Part shown: positions 30,440 through 38,792 of the stretch, in pieces
Layout of the letters: the number at the start of each line of letters is the position of its first letter
How positions within the stretch are numbered: the stretch's first letter is position 1
Assembly (NCBI GenBank): GCA_049317545.1
Contig: JBMOIB010000004.1
Span: 5,565 to 69,564 of the forward strand
Direction: 5' to 3'
Source: Caulobacterales bacterium
Lineage (GTDB): Bacteria > Pseudomonadota > Alphaproteobacteria > Caulobacterales > Aquidulcibacteraceae
Length of the DNA stretch: 64,000 bases
Position numbers and translations under genes: made by a program
The notes under the pieces: generated by a model
Told to the model about the DNA's origin: nothing
What the model saw: only the letters and a program-made list of their open reading frames with translations
Databases searched by the model: none

Positions 30440-31468
30440 ATGGCTGAGATGAACCGGCGCTGGCTGTTGGCGGCGCGGCCGCACGGCATGGTCAAGGACA
30501 GCGACTTTTCGCTGGTCGAGGCGCCCGTCCCCGAGCCCGGCCCGGGCGAGTTCCTAGTGCGCGTCACCCACCTCTCGTTTGACCCCACCCAGCGCGGCTG
30601 GATCACCGCCGACACCTACCTCCCGGCCGTCAAGATCGGCGACGTCGTGCGCGCCGGCGGCGTCGGGCAGGTTGTGAAATCCAACCACCCCGGCTTCAAG
30701 GTCGGCCAAATGGTGCAGGGCGGCTTCGGCTGGCAGGATTATTACGTCAGCGCCGGCATGACCGAATTCATGCCGGTCTCGATCGTGCATCCCGGCATCT
30801 CGCCCGAACAGGCGCTCGGCGTGTTCGGCATCACCGGTCTGACCGCCTATTTCGGCCTCACCGACGTCGGCAAGCCGAACCCTGGCGACACGGTCCTCGT
30901 CTCCGGCGCAGCCGGCGCGACTGGTTCCGTGGTCATTCAGATCGCCAAGGCGCTCGGTTGCCGCGCGATCGGGATCGCGGGCGGGGCCGACAAATGCGCC
31001 TGGGTCACCGGCGTGGCGGGCGCCGACGCCTGCATCGATTACAAGAACGAAAACGTCGCCCGTCGTATCCGTGAGCTGGCTCCGAACGGCGTCAACGTCG
31101 TGTTCGAAAATGTCGGCGGCGAGATGCTTGAAGCCGCCCTGATGAACCTTGCGCAGCGCGCCCGCGTGGTGCTGTGCGGCGGCATCAGCTCCTACAATGA
31201 GGTCGAGCCCAAAGGCATCCGCCCCTACATGCAGCTCACTGTGACGCGCTCGCGCATGGAGGGCTTCATCGTCCTCGATTACGCACCGCGCTATCCGGAG
31301 GGCGTGATGGCGCTGTCGAAACTGATCGCCGAGGGGAAACTCAAAACGGCAGATGACGTTCAGAACGGCTTCGAAAACATTCCGGCCACGTTACGACGCC
31401 TGTTCGAGGGGAAAAATCTCGGCAAGCAATTGCTGAAAATCACGGAGCCTCCACTTCCGATCGCATGA
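30440..31468 (+). CDS. NADP-dependent alkenal/one oxidoreductase (YncB/CurA, LTB4DH-like MDR)
   Basis: N-terminal NRRWLLAARPHGMVKDSDF, nucleotide motif VSGAAGATGSVVIQIAK, C-terminal GKNLGKQLLKI. Confidence 0.88.
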   Translation: MAEMNRRWLLAARPHGMVKDSDFSLVEAPVPEPGPGEFLVRVTHLSFDPTQRGWITADTYLPAVKIGDVVRAGGVGQVVKSNHPGFKVGQMVQGGFGWQDYYVSAGMTEFMPVSIVHPGISPEQALGVFGITGLTAYFGLTDVGKPNPGDTVLVSGAAGATGSVVIQIAKALGCRAIGIAGGADKCAWVTGVAGADACIDYKNENVARRIRELAPNGVNVVFENVGGEMLEAALMNLAQRARVVLCGGISSYNEVEPKGIRPYMQLTVTRSRMEGFIVLDYAPRYPEGVMALSKLIAEGKLKTADDVQNGFENIPATLRRLFEGKNLGKQLLKITEPPLPIA

Positions 31469-32202
31469 GCGATCTTGAGAGCTTCCCAAGCCCATTCGAG
31501 GCGGTCGTCGTCGGCGCCAGCGGCGGCATCGGTGCGGCGCTGACCAGGCGGCTTGCGGCGTCCGCTTCGGTCACGCGGGTCGTGGCGATGTCCAGGTCCG
31601 GGGCGGTCCCCGCCGGCGCCAAAATCGTTCCTGTGCGCATCGACGTCACCGACGAGACGTCGATCGCCGCCGCCTTCGCTGAGACGGGCGCCGACCTGCG
31701 CCTCGTTATCGTCGCCGTGGGCCGGCTGCACGACGCTGCGGGCCTGCCGGAAAAGGCGCTGCGCGATCTCGACGCGGACGCCATGGCGCGGAGTTTCGCG
31801 CTCAACGCCATCGGCCCGGCGCTGGTCTTCAAGCACGCCGCGCCGCTTCTTGCGCGCACCGGCAAGAGCATCCTCGCCGCTTTGTCGGCGCGCGTCGGCT
31901 CGATCTCGGACAATCGCAAGGGCGGCTGGTACGGCTATCGGGCGGCGAAGGCGGCGCTCAATCAGATTATTCGCACGAGCGCGATCGAACTGGCCGCCAA
32001 ACGCCGCGATCTCGTCTGCGTCGGCCTGCATCCGGGCACGGTCCGAACAGCGATGTCGGCGCCCTTCCTTCCGGGATACACGGCGAACGAGATCTTTGAG
32101 CCGGACTTCGCCGCGAGCGCATTGCTCGACGTGGTGGATGGGTTGAACCCGGCGCAGACCGGGCGGGTTTTCGCGTGGGATGGCGAGGAGATTGCGCCTT
32201 AA
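31465..32202 (+). CDS. SDR family oxidoreductase (C-factor-like)
   Basis: VVGASGGIGAAL cofactor motif and catalytic YGYRAAKAALN. The start overlaps the preceding stop (ATGA). Confidence 0.85.
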   Translation: MSDLESFPSPFEAVVVGASGGIGAALTRRLAASASVTRVVAMSRSGAVPAGAKIVPVRIDVTDETSIAAAFAETGADLRLVIVAVGRLHDAAGLPEKALRDLDADAMARSFALNAIGPALVFKHAAPLLARTGKSILAALSARVGSISDNRKGGWYGYRAAKAALNQIIRTSAIELAAKRRDLVCVGLHPGTVRTAMSAPFLPGYTANEIFEPDFAASALLDVVDGLNPAQTGRVFAWDGEEIAP

Positions 32203-32215
32203 GGGGTAACGCAAC

Positions 32216-32310
32216 GTCATCCTGGACGCGCCGAAGGCGCGACCGGGATCCAGACGATGCGGTGCGGCCCCTGGATCCCGGTCTCGCGCGGGGCGCAAGC
32301 CCAGGATGAC
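32216..32310. repeat. 95-nt nested palindromic (REP/MITE-like) element between convergent genes
   Basis: Outer arms GTCATCCTGG / CCAGGATGAC and inner perfect 13-bp arms GACCGGGATCCAG / CTGGATCCCGGTC around a 17-nt loop. Confidence 0.7.
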
Positions 32311-32322
32311 GAGGCCGAGCCC

Positions 32323-33270
32323 CTATGCGATCGCCCGCGCTGGCGCCGCTTGCGCGGCCAGCGCGTCGAACGCCGCCCAAAATTCCGCGCGCTTGTCGTC
32401 GCGCTCCATCAGGATCTCATGCATCGCGCCTTCGACGGTGATATGGCGCGCGTTCGCCATGAGCTTGGCGAGGTCCTCGTGGCTCTCGTTGTCGACGAGT
32501 TTCTCTTCGCCAGCGCTCGCCACCAGGATCGGCACGCGGATGTTGGCGAGCGCCGAGGGTCGGCGGAAATTTTCGAACGCTTCGGCCGCCGCATTGACCC
32601 AGCCGACGGTCGGCCCGGCGAGCGCGAGCCGCGGCTCGATCTCGACGGCGGCCTGCGCCCGCGCGAAGCGCTCGGCGTCGTGGGTGACGCGGTTGGCTTT
32701 GAATTTCTCTTTGCGCCATTGGCGCTCGACGCCCGGCGCAAACGTCGCGCCGAACCCAGCCGCGGCCATGAAGCGCACGAACTTCAAGGTCATGTCCTTG
32801 AGGTCGGGAATGCCCCACATCGGCGCGGAGAACGCAGCCGCCTCCACCTCGACGCGGCGCATTTGCATGGCGCGCAGCGCGATGGCGCCGCCCATGGAAT
32901 GGGCGAGGATCAAGTGGGGCTTCGGCAATTGCGCCGCCAATGTGCGGACCGCATCGCCGAGGTCGTTGGCCGGATCATCGAGGGTCTCGAGATGGCCCTT
33001 CTGGGGGTTTGGCGTCAGCCGGCTCGACAGCCCCTGCCCGCGCCAATCCATGCTGAACACAACGAAACCGCGGGCTTGAAGCTCGCTCACGACCTCGAAG
33101 TATTTCTCGATGAACTCTGTTCGGCCATTACACAGCAGAACCGAGCCGCGCGGAGGACCGTTGAGCGCTGGCGCGAGCATAGCTCGCAGCTTGACGCCCC
33201 CACGGCCCTCCAACCACAGCTCTTCCGCGCCGTCAGGCTCGAGATTCCCGGATACGCGGATGAACGTCAT
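32323..33270 (-). CDS. alpha/beta hydrolase (lysophospholipase/monoglyceride lipase-like)
   Basis: 315 aa with nucleophile elbow AHSMGG and a C-terminal GAMHEIL-type His region. Confidence 0.8.
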   Translation of the reverse strand: MTFIRVSGNLEPDGAEELWLEGRGGVKLRAMLAPALNGPPRGSVLLCNGRTEFIEKYFEVVSELQARGFVVFSMDWRGQGLSSRLTPNPQKGHLETLDDPANDLGDAVRTLAAQLPKPHLILAHSMGGAIALRAMQMRRVEVEAAAFSAPMWGIPDLKDMTLKFVRFMAAAGFGATFAPGVERQWRKEKFKANRVTHDAERFARAQAAVEIEPRLALAGPTVGWVNAAAEAFENFRRPSALANIRVPILVASAGEEKLVDNESHEDLAKLMANARHITVEGAMHEILMERDDKRAEFWAAFDALAAQAAPARAIA

Positions 33271-33276
33271 TCGGGC

Positions 33277-33576
33277 TCAGCCCCGGAGCTTCGCCATGAC
33301 CGACTGAAGCTGCATGGCGACGCCCATGTCGCCCACAACCTTCAGCTTGCCTTGCATGAAGGCCATCGTCGGATCGAGCTTGCCCTCGGCCATCGCGATG
33401 AAATCGGCGAGCGCGAGTTGCAGGGTCGTGTCGGCGGCTGCGTCGTCGGTCGAAACCGCGCCCGCCGCGCCGTCGAGGAAAATCTTCCCGTCAGCGCCAA
33501 AATCGAACTTCACCTTCTTGCCCGGAACAGTCGCGCCGGCCGAAGCGAAGCGCTGATAGATTTCATCGAACGTCAT
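33277..33576 (-). CDS. SCP2 sterol-binding domain protein
   Basis: 99 aa: MTFDEIYQRFA...KVKFDFGADG...LADFIAMAEGKLDPTMAFMQGKLKVVGDMGVAMQL. The rest of track ORF 33277..34833 is antisense shadow sequence. Confidence 0.8.
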   Translation of the reverse strand: MTFDEIYQRFASAGATVPGKKVKFDFGADGKIFLDGAAGAVSTDDAAADTTLQLALADFIAMAEGKLDPTMAFMQGKLKVVGDMGVAMQLQSVMAKLRG

Positions 33577-33708
33577 GAGTGCACTCCTCCCAAGGGGAAG
33601 CCCCTTACACACCAGCCCCATGGTGCTGGCAAGGGACCTCGATCGCCGACGTAGCCCGCCGTTGCGCGCGCCCGGCCAATCGCTAGGCTTTCGGGGCGAG
33701 GAGACGCA

Positions 33709-35256
33709 ATGAGCTGGCGCAAAGACATTGAGGAATTGCGGGCGCGCGAAGCGTTGGCCGAAGAAATGGGCGGCCAGGAGCGGGTCGCCCGGCAAAAATC
33801 GCTCGGCAAGCTGACCGTCCGGGAACGAGTGGACGCGCTGCTCGATCCGGGCTCGCTGCACGAAATCGGCAAAATCGCGGGCCAGGCCGAATACGGCGCT
33901 GACGGCGAGCTCCTGAGCTTTCGGGCGTCGAATTTCGTAGTGGGCCGCGGCCGGGTCGCCGGCCGGCCGGTCATGGTCCAGGCCGATGATTTTACCGTGC
34001 GGGGCGGCGCCGCTGACGCCGCCATCTGGCAAAAAATGCTGCTCGCCGAGCAGATGGCCAACGAATACCGGATGCCCCTGATCCGGCTGGTCGACGGCAC
34101 GGGCGGCGGCGGCTCGGTCAAAATGCTCGAGAAGGACCCACGCACCTACATTCCCGCGACGCCAGGTTGGGAATGGGTGGTCGCCAACATGTCGACCGTC
34201 CCGGTGGTCGCCCTGGCGCTCGGACCGTGCGCCGGGCTCGGCGCCGGCCGGGTCGCCGCCAGCCATTACAGCGTGATGGTGCGCGGCATGAGTCAGGTGT
34301 TCGTCGCCGGCCCACCAGTCGCCAAGGCCATCGGCGAGGACGTCGACAAGGAGCAACTGGGCGGCTCGGAAATCAACGGCAAGAACGGCACTGTGGACGA
34401 TATCGTCGACAGCGAGGCGGCCGCGTTCGACGCCGCGCGCCGGTTCCTTTCTTACCTGCCCGCCTCCATCGACGACCTGCCGCAGCGCGCGCCGCCGCGC
34501 GACCGCCCCGACCGGCGCGAGGACGCTCTCGTCGACATAGTGCCGCGAGATCGGATGGTGCCTTACAAGATGCGCCGCATTCTCGAGGCGACGCTCGACG
34601 ACGGCTCGTTCTTCGAAATCGGACGCCAATGGGGACGGCCGATCATCACGGGCTTGGCGCGCCTCGACGGTTGGCCCGTGGCCGTGCTCGCCGGCGATCC
34701 GATGTTTCTGGGCGGCGCCTGGACGGCCGACGCCTGCCGCAAGCTCATCCGCTTCGTCGACATGGCGCAGACGTTCCACCTGCCGGTGGTGCATTTCGTC
34801 GATTGCCCAGGCTTTGCGGTCGGCGCGAAACACGAAAAGGCCGGCATAGTCCGGCTCGGCGTGCAGGCGATGGCGGCGGTGTACCAGGCGCGTGTGCCGT
34901 GGTGCGCGATTGTGGTGCGCAAGGCCTATGGGCTGGCCGGTTCGGCGATGTCCAATCCGTCGCGCGCGAAATATCGCTATTGTTGGCCGTCGGGCGATTG
35001 GGGGTCCCTGCCGATGGAGGGCGGGATCGAGGCGGCGTTCAAGCGGGACATCGAGGGTTCACCCGATCCGGAGGCGTTTCTCGCAGCGATCCGAACCCGG
35101 ATGGAAGCCATGCGCTCGCCCTTCCGAACCGCCGAGGCCTTCTACGCCGAAGAAATCATCGATCCGCGCGATACGCGCCCGCTGCTCGTCGAGTGGATCC
35201 AGCTTGCGCAGCGCACGTTGATGCGCGGCCCGAGCGCCTTTGGAATGCGGCCGTAG
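33709..35256 (+). CDS. acyl-CoA carboxylase carboxyltransferase (beta) subunit
   Basis: 515 aa of the carboxyl_trans family (RERVDALLDPGS, DFTVRGGA, two crotonase-like halves). Confidence 0.9.
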   Translation: MSWRKDIEELRAREALAEEMGGQERVARQKSLGKLTVRERVDALLDPGSLHEIGKIAGQAEYGADGELLSFRASNFVVGRGRVAGRPVMVQADDFTVRGGAADAAIWQKMLLAEQMANEYRMPLIRLVDGTGGGGSVKMLEKDPRTYIPATPGWEWVVANMSTVPVVALALGPCAGLGAGRVAASHYSVMVRGMSQVFVAGPPVAKAIGEDVDKEQLGGSEINGKNGTVDDIVDSEAAAFDAARRFLSYLPASIDDLPQRAPPRDRPDRREDALVDIVPRDRMVPYKMRRILEATLDDGSFFEIGRQWGRPIITGLARLDGWPVAVLAGDPMFLGGAWTADACRKLIRFVDMAQTFHLPVVHFVDCPGFAVGAKHEKAGIVRLGVQAMAAVYQARVPWCAIVVRKAYGLAGSAMSNPSRAKYRYCWPSGDWGSLPMEGGIEAAFKRDIEGSPDPEAFLAAIRTRMEAMRSPFRTAEAFYAEEIIDPRDTRPLLVEWIQLAQRTLMRGPSAFGMRP

Positions 35257-35532
35257 GACGAAGCCAAGCGCGCCGGCGCGAAACCAGGCGACGCCGCCAA
35301 TCGTGCCGAGGCCGAACGTAGGATATAATCCGGTAAGTCCGGCGCGCTGGGTCGCGGCAATTCGAAAATATAGGCTGCCCCACCCCGCAAATACGCAACG
35401 GCGGACCGCCGAATGAGCCGACGAAGGTCGTCCGTGTTCGTGAGATCTGAGGGGCCGTTGCGCATAGCGCCCGGTTGTCGCCGCCGATTCGCGGCACTTC
35501 AACTTTCCGATCGCTCGTTCTAGGCGTCGACC

Positions 35533-36213
35533 TCAACGCCCAGGTCGGGCGGGCGGCATCCGCGCTTGGCCTTCGCACCGATCGCGCACATCGCGCCCGC
35601 ATGTGCGCGGCGTTCCGTCCTTCGCGAGGCAAATGCGCACGTCCTGCATCCGTCCGTCGCGGCACACGACAGCCATTTGATCGGCCTTGAGGCGTTTGTT
35701 GGCGGCGAGGAAATGGTTGCGCACGTCAGCTGCGGTGACGAGATACGTGCGGTCCGGCGCGGCGAACGCCGGTGGGGTCGCGACGCTCGCCCGTAGTTTG
35801 CGCGTCAGGTCGAAATAGGCTTGGGCGCTCAGGCCGGAGCAGGCGCCGTGCCTGCGCCATTCATGTTGGACGAGGCGGGGCGACGGCATGATGTCAAGCA
35901 TTTGCTGCGTGAGCGCGGGTGTAGGCCCGGGCGCCGAGGTCGGACAATCGGCGGGCCAACCGACCTCATTTTGGGGCCAGAGACCATGGACAACGAACGC
36001 AAACCGGCGCGACGCGCCGCACTGGGCCTGATCGCGCTCCGCATTGCGCGGATCGGCGCAATAGGTCGGGCTCCAGGACAGCGCGAGGACATAATAGTCA
36101 AACCGCCCCGGCGTGCTGGCTGGTCTCGATTGCGCGGACGCCGGCCCGCTCGCAACCATCGCAACCACTAGGAACGCTGCGGCAATCGCAGCGCGAACAC
36201 GCGTCAAAGTCAT
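35533..36213 (-). CDS. ribonuclease T2 family protein (exported)
   Basis: Signal peptide, CAS I FVVHGLWPQ and CAS II HEWRRHGACS. Confidence 0.88.
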   Translation of the reverse strand: MTLTRVRAAIAAAFLVVAMVASGPASAQSRPASTPGRFDYYVLALSWSPTYCADPRNAERDQAQCGASRRFAFVVHGLWPQNEVGWPADCPTSAPGPTPALTQQMLDIMPSPRLVQHEWRRHGACSGLSAQAYFDLTRKLRASVATPPAFAAPDRTYLVTAADVRNHFLAANKRLKADQMAVVCRDGRMQDVRICLAKDGTPRTCGRDVRDRCEGQARMPPARPGR

Positions 36214-36247
36214 CGTCGCCCTCCCCCTGGCCTTCCCCCGCGCCCGA

Positions 36248-37171
36248 TCAGCGCGGCGACTTTTGGGCGCCGACGGTCGCCGGGCCCGCTTGCCCCGGCT
36301 TGACGAACTTGAGCGTCATGCGGTCGCTTTCGCCGATCGCAGCGTAGGGCGAGGAATCGAACGCCGGATTTTCCGGCATGCCAAGCGGCGCGGTGCGCAA
36401 AACGGGCGGCAACGTCCAGACGCCGAAGGGATGATCCTTGGAATCCTTGGGGTTGGCGTTGATCTCGCTCGATCCGGCGAATTCGAAGCCCGCCTCGAGC
36501 GCGACCGCGCGAACGAACGCCTCCTGGACGTAGCCGTCGCCCGCGCGCGGATCCTGAAGGCCGGTCGACCGGGCGCGATGCTCTTCGATTCCCAGGACGC
36601 CGCCCGGCTTCAGGGCGCGATGGATGGCCCGAAAGGCGCGCTCGACGTAGCCCTCGGCCATGAACGTGTGGACATTGCGCATGACCAGGGCGAGGTCGAC
36701 GGACCCTTCCGGAGCGAGGTCGTCGATCGTCGGGCCGATGGCGGAAACCTCGATGGCGCCGTAGGTGCCGGGATCGGAGAGGAACCGCTTGGCGAAGCCT
36801 TCCAGGGCGAGTGTCTGCGCCGGCGTGGCGGTCGCCGGGTCGAAGGACGCCACCTTGAGCCGCCCTCCGCCCTTGGCCAGAAATGGAGCGAGGATCGCCG
36901 TGTACCAGCCGCGGCCGGGCAGCACCTCGAGCACGTTCATGTCCGGGCGGATGCCGAAGAACTTCAGCGTTTCGACCGGATGACGCCAGGCGTCGCGCGC
37001 ACGGTCAATGCGCCATGGTCCGGCGGCGGCCCATTCGAGCGAGCCGACCGGCGTCGCCGGCAGGTCGATTCTCGGCGGCGGCGGCTTGGGCCGATCGTCA
37101 CACCCCAGCAACGGCGTGGCGAGCAGGCCCGCGAGAACTGTCCGGCGGGGCGCGAGCGAAGGAATCGACAT
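36248..37171 (-). CDS. lipoprotein with class I SAM-methyltransferase fold (COG4798-like), paralogue 1
   Basis: Lipobox LLGC, VLEVLPGRGWY, ALKPGGVLGIEEH, and C-terminal DHPFGVWTLPPV...DRMTLKFVKP shared with the neighbouring gene. Confidence 0.75.
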   Translation of the reverse strand: MSIPSLAPRRTVLAGLLATPLLGCDDRPKPPPPRIDLPATPVGSLEWAAAGPWRIDRARDAWRHPVETLKFFGIRPDMNVLEVLPGRGWYTAILAPFLAKGGGRLKVASFDPATATPAQTLALEGFAKRFLSDPGTYGAIEVSAIGPTIDDLAPEGSVDLALVMRNVHTFMAEGYVERAFRAIHRALKPGGVLGIEEHRARSTGLQDPRAGDGYVQEAFVRAVALEAGFEFAGSSEINANPKDSKDHPFGVWTLPPVLRTAPLGMPENPAFDSSPYAAIGESDRMTLKFVKPGQAGPATVGAQKSPR

Positions 37172-37204
37172 GTCAGCCAGCTAGCATCCGGCCGGGCCCG
37201 ACCG

Positions 37205-38080
37205 CTACGGCTTCACGAACTTCAGGGTCATCCGATCCGGTTCGCCAATCGCGTCATACTTCGCGCGATCGAACTTCGGATCGTCCGGCTGACCGAACGG
37301 CGAGGTCCGGCGCACAGGGGCCAGGGTCCAGACGCCGAAGGGGTGATCCTTTCGGTCGCGCGGGTTGGCGTTGATCTCGCTGCGGGCGGCGAGACGGAAT
37401 CCGGCCTTGAGCGCCGCCTCGATGACGTAAGCCTCCGAAACGTAGCCGGTTTCGCTCATCCATTTGAGATCGTTCTGGCCTTCGGGCGCGCGCGACTGTT
37501 CGAGGCCGAGCACCCCGCCAGGCTTCAGGACGGCGTAAAAATCAGCCATCGCCTTGTCGATCATGCCAACCCGCAGCCAGCCGTGGGCGGCCCCCGCGTT
37601 GATCACGAGGTCAGCTGAACCTGGCTGCCCCAGCGGCGGCGATTGCGGGCCGAACCCGACGGTCTCGACGCGGCCCCACTTCGTTCGGTCGGAAAACCGG
37701 GTCTCGAATTCCGCTCGCGTACGGCGGGCGTTTTCCGACAGGCGGGGATTGGCGAGATCGGCGTGGCCGACGACATAGCGCCCGCCTGTGCGCGCCGCAT
37801 ACGGCGCGAGGATCTCTGGATACCAGGCCTCTGCGCCGGGCTGCACTTCGATCACCGTCAGCCCCGGCCGCAGCCCCCAAAACGCGAGCGTCTGCGCCGG
37901 GTGGCGCTGCTCGTCACGGGCGACGCTCGACGCCGGGCGATTGGGCGAGGCCAAGACTTCGCGCAGCGCCGGATCTTGAACGACGTACGGTGCGGGCGGC
38001 GCGCCGCCGCCCGGGGTCGTCGCGCATCCCGCCGTCAGCATCGCGACAGCCGTCGCCGCGGCCCCTGCCAAACGCTTCAT
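37205..38080 (-). CDS. lipoprotein with class I SAM-methyltransferase fold (COG4798-like), paralogue 2
   Basis: ATG 38080 preceded by GGAG. Lipobox LTAGC, VIEVQPGAEAWY, VLKPGGVLGLEQS and DHPFGVWTLAPV...DRMTLKFVKP. Confidence 0.75.
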   Translation of the reverse strand: MKRLAGAAATAVAMLTAGCATTPGGGAPPAPYVVQDPALREVLASPNRPASSVARDEQRHPAQTLAFWGLRPGLTVIEVQPGAEAWYPEILAPYAARTGGRYVVGHADLANPRLSENARRTRAEFETRFSDRTKWGRVETVGFGPQSPPLGQPGSADLVINAGAAHGWLRVGMIDKAMADFYAVLKPGGVLGLEQSRAPEGQNDLKWMSETGYVSEAYVIEAALKAGFRLAARSEINANPRDRKDHPFGVWTLAPVRRTSPFGQPDDPKFDRAKYDAIGEPDRMTLKFVKP

Positions 38081-38320
38081 CTCGATCTCCCTGCGCCGAC
38101 CGAAACCCCGCCCGGCGGGGCCGCACCCTAGGCGAGGCGCCCGCGCTCCGCAAACCAAGCCGCTCATCCCCTTGAACGCCCCAAAACCCGCGCCTACCTC
38201 GGGGATGTCGGGCGCTCATTCGAGGCTCGGCGCGACGCACGGCCGCCAAAACGGGGTCGCGCTGTCGAACGGAGCCCCGCCGCTTTCGGGGCGTGACGTG
38301 TCGCTTTTGGAGGACATCTC

Positions 38321-38782
38321 ATGTCGAACGACCTCTCTCCCCTTTACCGCACTCTCGTCGGCTTTGACCGCATCAACCAGCTCATGGACCAGGCGCTGCG
38401 CAATGACGGCGTCGGCGGCTACCCGCCCTTCAACATCGAGCAGACCGGCGAAGACACGTTCCGGATCGAGTTGGCCGTGGCCGGATTCTCCGAGGACGAA
38501 CTGTCGATCGAGTACCGCGAAAACAGCCTGATCGTTTCCGGCCGCAAGGCGCCGGTCGAGGAAGCCCGCCGCTTCCTGCACCGCGGGATCGCGGAGCGCA
38601 ATTTCGAGCGCAAGTTCGGCCTCGCCGACTATGTCCGCGTCGACGGCGCCCGCTTGGTCAACGGCATGCTGACCGTCGATCTCGTGCGCATCGTCCCCGA
38701 CAGCTTGAAGCCGCGGAAAATTTCGATCGCGACGGGCAAACCGGTTCGCGCGACGCGCATCGACGCGGTCGCCGCCGAATAA
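38321..38782 (+). CDS. Hsp20/alpha-crystallin family small heat shock protein (IbpA-like)
   Basis: GYPPFNIEQTGEDTFRIELAVAGFSEDELSIE...FERKFGLADYV...NGMLTV. SD GGAGGA lies 6 nt upstream. Confidence 0.9.
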   Translation: MSNDLSPLYRTLVGFDRINQLMDQALRNDGVGGYPPFNIEQTGEDTFRIELAVAGFSEDELSIEYRENSLIVSGRKAPVEEARRFLHRGIAERNFERKFGLADYVRVDGARLVNGMLTVDLVRIVPDSLKPRKISIATGKPVRATRIDAVAAE

Positions 38783-38792
38783 CCGCCGCCTA

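Noticed and set aside
33577-34833. Upstream 419 codons of track ORF 33277..34833
   Set aside because: It is antisense to the carboxyltransferase gene. Only the last 99 codons (the SCP2 domain) look genuine.
35059-35502. 147-aa minus-strand ORF with a hydrophobic stretch (GWGSLYFRIAA...GLGTIGGVAWF)
   Set aside because: It would overlap the 3' 200 nt of the well-supported carboxyltransferase gene. It lacks an SD and has an Arg-rich remainder. At most it is a remnant.
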